Source: Bdellovibrionota bacterium (GTDB taxonomy: Bacteria > Bdellovibrionota_C > UBA2361 > JBGSMV01). From it: a stretch of DNA of 21,148 nt. The first letter of the stretch is position 1. Each line of letters opens with the position of its first letter. A program made the position numbers and the translations under genes. Shown here in pieces: positions 15,485 to 21,148 of the stretch. The notes under the pieces are model-generated. The model was not told the origin of the DNA. It made no database searches and was given only the letters and a program-made list of their open reading frames with translations. Where the stretch lies: contig JBIKWF010000074.1 of assembly GCA_044356455.1 (NCBI GenBank), positions 1-21,148 of the forward strand, read 5' to 3'.

Positions 15485-18400
15485 TTAGGAGTCTGCAAGA
15501 AGCCCTGCAAAATAATTGTGATATTTATTATATGCCTTCGAGCTCTGAAGCTCGGTTGCGCGAGCGAGTGCGCGAGTTCTTAGCTGCTCTAATCTGTTCC
15601 TGTCTTGTGCAAGCTCTAGGGTGGCGCGTAGGTACTGCTCAGGCTTGTTAACTTCTTTAATGATTCGTCCGTTGTTTCCGTCAACCAAGAAGTCATTGAC
15701 TCCGCCAGAATCGGATGACACGACCACGCAACCACTCATCATGGCCTCAAGGGGAACAAGCCCAAATCCTTCGTGAAAGGAGGCGTCTACAAGGATATCA
15801 GACTCTCGATAGAGTTTGGCGAGTTCGAACTTCGCTACGGGGAGTTTTGCAAGGCGTGTTTCGCTGTCCGCGAGCCAGTCCTGGCAAATAGGAACCGGCT
15901 GCCCCTCAGGAGAGATGACTGTGAGCGAGAACTGGTCTCGGTGTTTGGCGAGTTCATCAACAAACTCTGCGAGTACCCACTGGCCTTTGTCGGGAGAGTT
16001 GCGGAATACGACCATCACGCGAAGCCGTGGTTGGGGCAACGACGTGGTACGATGGCGCGGGAAAAAGAGAGAAGGATTTGCGCCTAATTGAAGCTTGTGG
16101 ACTTCGGCTCCTTCAGGAACAAGAGGCGAAATCTTCTGCATGAGCCACTCAGAGGTTACAATTACCTCAGCGCCTAATTTGAGAGCTTCGCGGGCTTCGT
16201 TAAACCAGCGCGCATTATCAAAGTAGATCTCATATCCCTGCACAAAATTCACAAGCGTTGCACCTTTGCGCGAGGCAAAACGTGCCGCCGGGCCTGCGGT
16301 TGAGAAGAGCGTTGCGACAATGATTCGCGGCTGGAGAGAAGAGTTCCGCATGAGCTCTTCTTCATTGGCAATTACAAGTGGTTTGAAAAGCATCGCCTCT
16401 TTATAATTTGCAAGCTGCTCATCCGTGAGAGAGCCGAGAATGACGGCGCGCGCGTCAATTCCCCCTAGAATCAGTTCGTTAATCAGTTCAATCGCAACAT
16501 GGAGTCCTCCCACATCTTGCCGTACTCCGGGGAGCACAAAAAGCACTTCTATTTTCTGTTGATGCGGCAAGGCAGCGGCTAAGCGAAGTTCCGTCTCGCG
16601 AATCACGTCTCGGCCTTGTGCACGTGAGGCAAGCTTGCGGTACTCAGGCGTCCAAAGTTTCATGAATCTGCGGTGATTGCGGGTCTGAAGCTGAGCTCTC
16701 TCGCGAGCAATGGCACCGAAGCTTCCTCCTCCGAAATGATACACATAGGTGTCCCCAGTGACCGCAGCAAACCAGCCGCGCTTCTCGGCGCGCATCTGAA
16801 GGTCGCTTTCTTCTCCGTAGCCGCGTCCCCAGGAGAGGTCAAATCCCCCGACATCCTGCCAACATTTCTTGTTCACTAGGAGGCAGTGTCCAACCACGGT
16901 ACATGCATCATGCGTAAGGGAGTTTCCGCGCGCTTGATTGGAAAGCACTCGGTCGAGTTCTATGAAGGAGCGTCCTGGCGGAATGTCGACGCTCAGATTT
17001 GCCGCGCTGTTGGCTACGGGACATACCATCCCGAGTGAACGTTCGCGGCTGAGCGTGGCGACAAGTGAAGAAACGGTTGCAGGCCCTACCAGGCAGTCAG
17101 AATTTAGGAATAAGATATATTGTGTGCTAGCAAAGAGGGCGCCCGCGTTACAGGCCGCGCCAAAGCCGCGGGGTCCATTGCTCTTGAGCACGGTGGTGTG
17201 TGGATAGCGCTTCGCAATACTGAGGAGGGTTTCAAACTCTTCTTCGCTCGAACCGTCGTCAACAAGGATCACAGAAGAAACGAGGCCCTCGTTTTCCTCT
17301 ATAAATAGAGCTCTCATGCAAAGGTCGACCCATTGGATGGCCCCGTGTACGGGAATGACCACTGCGCAATCGCCTTTTCCTGAAGCTTGCTGGAACACTA
17401 CGTCTGGCTTTTGCAGGAGGGGAACTTCAATTGAAGACTCTGGCTCGAAATCGTCGGGGTTTCCAAGGGGGTAGGCAGGTAGGCCTTCAAAGGGATCGAA
17501 GCTCCTCTTGAGGGGGTACTCTCGCCTTAGGGCTTTGGCGAGCAAATAACCAAGGTAGCCTGCACGTCCTTCGTCTTCGCGGCGCATGAAAAGACCCTGA
17601 GCCCGGGCCAAATTGCGCATGACCGTCCATGCTCTTCCGGCACGGGCGAGGTCGAGTTTGGTGAGAAATTGCTGAGCCCACTGGTGGGCTGAGGCAAGTC
17701 GCTCTTCTGACTGCTTGAGGGTATTTAGCTGATTCTGTGCCCCGGCGAGCTCGGCCAAGAGTTTCGAATTCTGGCGCTCAAGCTCCATTCTTCGCTCTTG
17801 CTCTTCAAAATTAGGGGCTTCAATTTCTAGAGACGAGGAAGCCGCGGTGTCTACGTCAGGTTCAGAGACGTTCTGAGCTTGAGGCTCAGGTTGGGGGATA
17901 GCTTGCGGCTGCGGCTTCTGAGCCTCGTTCAGCTCAAGAGTTTCGCGCAGCAAGTTCCCGATAAAAGAGAAAAACTCTTGCACGGCCGCCACCTCTGCAG
18001 GGCTATGCTTTGCGAGTGCAAAGAACCATTTAATACTTTCTGGAATCTTAGAGCCTACGGCTAGCACGCCAAGTCCGTGGCTGTGCTTGAGTTCAATACC
18101 GGGGTACTGCTGGCTTAATTCAGCCCAGAGTTTAAAAACTCCGAAGTCACGCTCCCAAACATTGGTATCGTGGAAGAGGACCACCGCGCGATCGGTAAGC
18201 TTAGGGAGCCATGTTTCAAAGTCGTGTTTCACGGCATCGTAGGTGTGTAAGCCGTCGATATGAAGGAGATCGATCGAGCGATCCGGGAATTCGCTCAAGG
18301 CTTCGTCAAAGAAGCAGCGGTGCAGTGTCGAGAATTCGCGGTACTTTTCATTTACCTCGGAAACGCGCTGAAAAACCTCCTCTCCATAGAGACCAGCGTG

Positions 18401-18685
18401 GGGATCTCCTCGCCAGGTATCTACCGCATGAGCTTTTGCTCCTGGGATTTGGCACTGGCTAATGGCTTGGCAGAAAGCAAAATACGAGTTCCCAATGTGG
18501 GTCCCAAGTTCAACAGTGACGCGCGGTCTTAGAGCGTCAATTATCCAGAAGGCAAAGGGAATGTGCCCAGCCCAAGGAAAAGGGGGCGCCGCGTCATGGG
18601 GACGCTGAAGGATTATCGGACGCGCAAGCTGAGCAAAGGGGGTCGTAAGGCTACGTTCGCCAAGATTTAAAGAAACGGCTTCCAT
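15485..18685 (-). CDS. Multidomain glycan enzyme: class I SAM methyltransferase (Methyltransf_24-like), coiled coil, GT2 and GT4/WsaF-like glycosyltransferase
   Basis: MTase motifs VELGTHIGNSY, AVDTWRGD, IDLLHIDGLHTY, LFHD; Q/P linker and heptad segment; GT2 motifs VVIPVH, VDDGS, GFGAACN, FLNSD, GYGEESD; GT-B motifs VATLFSTA, FVQGYE, EGFGLVPLEAM. Confidence 0.9.
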   Translation of the reverse strand: MEAVSLNLGERSLTTPFAQLARPIILQRPHDAAPPFPWAGHIPFAFWIIDALRPRVTVELGTHIGNSYFAFCQAISQCQIPGAKAHAVDTWRGDPHAGLYGEEVFQRVSEVNEKYREFSTLHRCFFDEALSEFPDRSIDLLHIDGLHTYDAVKHDFETWLPKLTDRAVVLFHDTNVWERDFGVFKLWAELSQQYPGIELKHSHGLGVLAVGSKIPESIKWFFALAKHSPAEVAAVQEFFSFIGNLLRETLELNEAQKPQPQAIPQPEPQAQNVSEPDVDTAASSSLEIEAPNFEEQERRMELERQNSKLLAELAGAQNQLNTLKQSEERLASAHQWAQQFLTKLDLARAGRAWTVMRNLARAQGLFMRREDEGRAGYLGYLLAKALRREYPLKRSFDPFEGLPAYPLGNPDDFEPESSIEVPLLQKPDVVFQQASGKGDCAVVIPVHGAIQWVDLCMRALFIEENEGLVSSVILVDDGSSEEEFETLLSIAKRYPHTTVLKSNGPRGFGAACNAGALFASTQYILFLNSDCLVGPATVSSLVATLSRERSLGMVCPVANSAANLSVDIPPGRSFIELDRVLSNQARGNSLTHDACTVVGHCLLVNKKCWQDVGGFDLSWGRGYGEESDLQMRAEKRGWFAAVTGDTYVYHFGGGSFGAIARERAQLQTRNHRRFMKLWTPEYRKLASRAQGRDVIRETELRLAAALPHQQKIEVLFVLPGVRQDVGGLHVAIELINELILGGIDARAVILGSLTDEQLANYKEAMLFKPLVIANEEELMRNSSLQPRIIVATLFSTAGPAARFASRKGATLVNFVQGYEIYFDNARWFNEAREALKLGAEVIVTSEWLMQKISPLVPEGAEVHKLQLGANPSLFFPRHRTTSLPQPRLRVMVVFRNSPDKGQWVLAEFVDELAKHRDQFSLTVISPEGQPVPICQDWLADSETRLAKLPVAKFELAKLYRESDILVDASFHEGFGLVPLEAMMSGCVVVSSDSGGVNDFLVDGNNGRIIKEVNKPEQYLRATLELAQDRNRLEQLRTRALARATELQSSKAYNKYHNYFAGLLADS

Positions 18686-18886
18686 TAAGTTCCCCTCGCT
18701 TCCAAAGTTTGATGGCTCGAGCCCCCTTTACTGAATTGGGCCATGAGCGCTACCATTATCGAATTTCCAGGCGTTATAATACCGAGCTTCTTAAGGAATT
18801 CCTTCGCGATGATAGATCGCACGGGAATTGGGTACCCCCAGGAGCCAGTAAAGTCAAACATTTGAGCTCTTTATCCCAGTTGCCGC

Positions 18887-20935
18887 ATGTCTGAAGTTCC
18901 GCACAGAGCCCGTCTTGGCGGCTTAAGCCTGACTCTTCTTTGTGGGGTGGTTGCGATCCTGCTTTGCGCGGTGCGGCTACTGTTCACCCCCGAGTCTTAT
19001 CCTTGGCTTTTTCCCGATTCGTTTGATTGGTTAGTCAATGGTCTCCGCTATTCAGGAGTTGAGGGGGCAACCTTTGAAATCAGTCACCGAGCGATGCTTC
19101 TTCCGCTCGTTTATGCCGGCCTTATACGCCTGGGGATTGATAACCTTATTGTTCTCTTTGGCACCCTCTTCCATTGTCTCACTCCCCTCGTCGTCTATTA
19201 CTTTGTCCAGAAGACGGATTCCCGCAAAGTCGCGTGGTGGGCTGCGCTGCTCTCCCTCCTCTCATATACCGCGTTGGGACAGTCTTCCTTTGTGGGGTCA
19301 GATACTGCGGCGCATTTTTTCCTTGTTGTTACGGCCCTTGCGCTGAGTACCTTCTCTCGGACAGGCGAGTTGCGTTGGATTACATGGGCTCTTATCGCGG
19401 GGGCGGTTGGTGTTCACGCGCAGTATATTGGAATCATTCTCGCGCCAGCTTTGGTGCTGAGTCTTTTTCTCTTCGAAGAAAAAGGAACAATGCGCATTGG
19501 GTTCGGGCGCTGCGCAGCACTTGTGCGAAGTCCCCAGGCCTATTGTGCGGTACTGCTTGCCTTGGGTGTGGGGCTGCTTCTTTTCTTGCCAAGGTTGCTA
19601 GAGTTTAAAGTTCTCTATACTGAGCGCGTCCAGCATGGGAGCTTGGTGCGCTTTCATGTTGATCAGCCCCTTCTCTACATTGTCGGGATTGTTTCAAGCT
19701 TTAGTTGGCCCATTGCGCTACTTGCTCTCATCGGAACCTTTACGGGCCTAGCTGCGGCGAGCGCGCGCCGAAGTACAATCTTTTACCTGCTCTGGATTCT
19801 CGACATCTTTTTATTCTTTTCTTTTCTGTATACCTGGAAGGACGTGCGATTTCTTTTGTACGTCACTGTCCCGGTGATGGTGCTCGCGTCGAGAGGACTT
19901 GTGTGGATTCTTTCGGCATTCCGGGCCAACGGAGGCATTCAAGGCCTTGCCGCGATGTTTGGGCGAACCGTCTGTGTGGGAATCACTCTGTTCTTCACGC
20001 TAGCGCCAAGTACTTCCGATCCCTTTGATTACTCGTTCGCGCTCACGCCTTGGAGCTCGGCCACGTTCGACAAAGAAGCCTTGGTAAAGCCTTTTTCTAA
20101 GGCTCCGCAAATCTACTTCTTGTCCCATCCTGAAGAGGGAAAGAAAGAGCTCGAGAACCGCCTGAGACCCAGTTATGACGAGCTTGGCTACTCTGTGCCG
20201 CTTAGCACGATGCTTCATGAGTTCCGCAGATCGCGTCATGACGAATGGAGCTCCCAGAACTTGTTTCTATGGACTCCCAATATCTCCCCTTCACAAGCCT
20301 ACATCCTTGGGAACCGCACAACGCTTTATGCGCAAAAGCTGGTTGCTTTGGTTACCAGCATGGATGAGCTCGCAAGTACGCTCGCCGGTAAAAATAACGT
20401 GGTTATCGTGCGAAGTGGTGAGGTTCAGTCGCTTAGGGAGCGCTTTGTTGGCCAGTCTTCTTTTGCTGCACTTCCTACTTCTGCGCCTGAGTTTGTGTTT
20501 CTGCGCGGAGGTAGTGCTGAAAGCATTTCATTAGCTCCCGTGAAAGAGCTCCCCTCTTTCGTCTCCAAGATTACTGCGGCTGAGTATCCCCATGCGCTCT
20601 TTGATGGCATTCGGCACGACCCTAGTAATTTCACCGCCGCACCGCTTGGTTCGCCCATTCAAATTGATTTTTCAAAGAGAATCGGTGTCAGAGAGCTTAA
20701 GGTTGGTTTATGGGACTTCGATGGGAGGACGTATCGCTTCTCTGCCCAAGGAATGGCTGAAGAAGGATGGATCTCTTTCGGTGAATGGGAGGGAAAGGGA
20801 GAAATGACGATTTCCCTTTCCTCGCGCAAGATGTCGGGAGTGCGGCTCGTTGGCCTTCATAATTCCAATCTAGATCAGAATCCCGAAAACCGCGTCTTTC
20901 ATGTTCTTGAGCTTGAGATTACAACAGCGCCATGA
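18887..20935 (+). CDS. GT-C-type (ArnT/PMT_2-like) integral membrane glycosyltransferase with a C-terminal discoidin/CBM-like domain
   Basis: First TM followed by an acidic loop (FPDSFDWL), about 10-12 hydrophobic segments, and K..RFLLY..P. The C-terminus (ALFDG..IQIDF..ELKV.LWD.D.RTYRF..VRLVG..FHVLELEI) resembles a F5/8 type C beta-sandwich. Confidence 0.65.
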   Translation: MSEVPHRARLGGLSLTLLCGVVAILLCAVRLLFTPESYPWLFPDSFDWLVNGLRYSGVEGATFEISHRAMLLPLVYAGLIRLGIDNLIVLFGTLFHCLTPLVVYYFVQKTDSRKVAWWAALLSLLSYTALGQSSFVGSDTAAHFFLVVTALALSTFSRTGELRWITWALIAGAVGVHAQYIGIILAPALVLSLFLFEEKGTMRIGFGRCAALVRSPQAYCAVLLALGVGLLLFLPRLLEFKVLYTERVQHGSLVRFHVDQPLLYIVGIVSSFSWPIALLALIGTFTGLAAASARRSTIFYLLWILDIFLFFSFLYTWKDVRFLLYVTVPVMVLASRGLVWILSAFRANGGIQGLAAMFGRTVCVGITLFFTLAPSTSDPFDYSFALTPWSSATFDKEALVKPFSKAPQIYFLSHPEEGKKELENRLRPSYDELGYSVPLSTMLHEFRRSRHDEWSSQNLFLWTPNISPSQAYILGNRTTLYAQKLVALVTSMDELASTLAGKNNVVIVRSGEVQSLRERFVGQSSFAALPTSAPEFVFLRGGSAESISLAPVKELPSFVSKITAAEYPHALFDGIRHDPSNFTAAPLGSPIQIDFSKRIGVRELKVGLWDFDGRTYRFSAQGMAEEGWISFGEWEGKGEMTISLSSRKMSGVRLVGLHNSNLDQNPENRVFHVLELEITTAP

Positions 20936-21148
20936 GTGTTTCTGAATCGTTAGACTCTTCCCGGGCGATGAGCGTATCCCCGCGCTTGTTCTTCTCCACT
21001 CTTCTTTGTGCTCTCGTGATTTTCTTGTTGGGAAGTTGGTGCGCGACCGGCACACTTGCCCCTTATGCGGCAACACACCATAAAGCGCTTCTTTTGCCTG
21101 AGTGTGGCTATCTTGCAAATTTAGATGAGTACCATTTCCGCGGTCCGT
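20932..21148 (+). CDS. Partial (runs off the window) membrane protein, not in the ORF track
   Basis: ATG 20932 overlaps the upstream stop (ATGA). The frame is open to the window end: MSVSESLDSSRAMSVSPRLFFSTLLCALVIFLLGSWCATGTLAPYAATHHKALLLPECGYLANLDEYHFRGP... Confidence 0.7.
   Translation, partial: MSVSESLDSSRAMSVSPRLFFSTLLCALVIFLLGSWCATGTLAPYAATHHKALLLPECGYLANLDEYHFRGP

Noticed and set aside
15485..15495. TTAGGAGTCTG at the 3' end of the large glycosyltransferase resembles a family A TIR
   Set aside because: Only about 11 nt match, no partner end was found, and it is explained by the codons for A-D-S-stop.
1158..20807. Numerous 60-145 aa ORFs nested in or antisense to the long genes
   Set aside because: They overlap well-supported CDSs and show no motifs or RBS; treated as shadow ORFs.
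20870..21118. 82-aa minus-strand ORF at the window end
   Set aside because: It is a shadow of the coupled plus-strand ORF starting at 20932, which has a TM segment and an ATGA overlap.

Overview
Bacterial chromosomal window with a housekeeping backbone: cinA, rlmD, prfC, phoH and a 7TM-HD phosphodiesterase. Accessory genes are interleaved with it: an orphan Phd/YefM antitoxin, a TPR-like protein, a phytase-like lipoprotein, an AAA_14/DUF4143 ATPase behind a perfect 15-bp palindrome, a small-protein plus nucleotidyltransferase pair, and two orphan secreted basic proteins. The window ends in a surface-glycan locus with a 1066-aa methyltransferase/coiled-coil/GT2/GT4 fusion, a GT-C membrane enzyme and a partial membrane protein. 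The most unusual signals are non-coding. (i) Two families of IS5-like miniature inverted-repeat elements (four copies) sit at YTAR sites, three of them on stop codons. (ii) One of these carries what looks like a tandem pair of NrdR boxes 32 bp apart, with no ribonucleotide reductase gene nearby. (iii) A 78-bp direct repeat duplicates the phoH leader and start codon and brackets a 1.3-kb islet with a secreted-protein gene. (iv) A second secreted-protein gene is flanked on both sides by related palindromic MITEs. All calls are by eye; no database searches were run.
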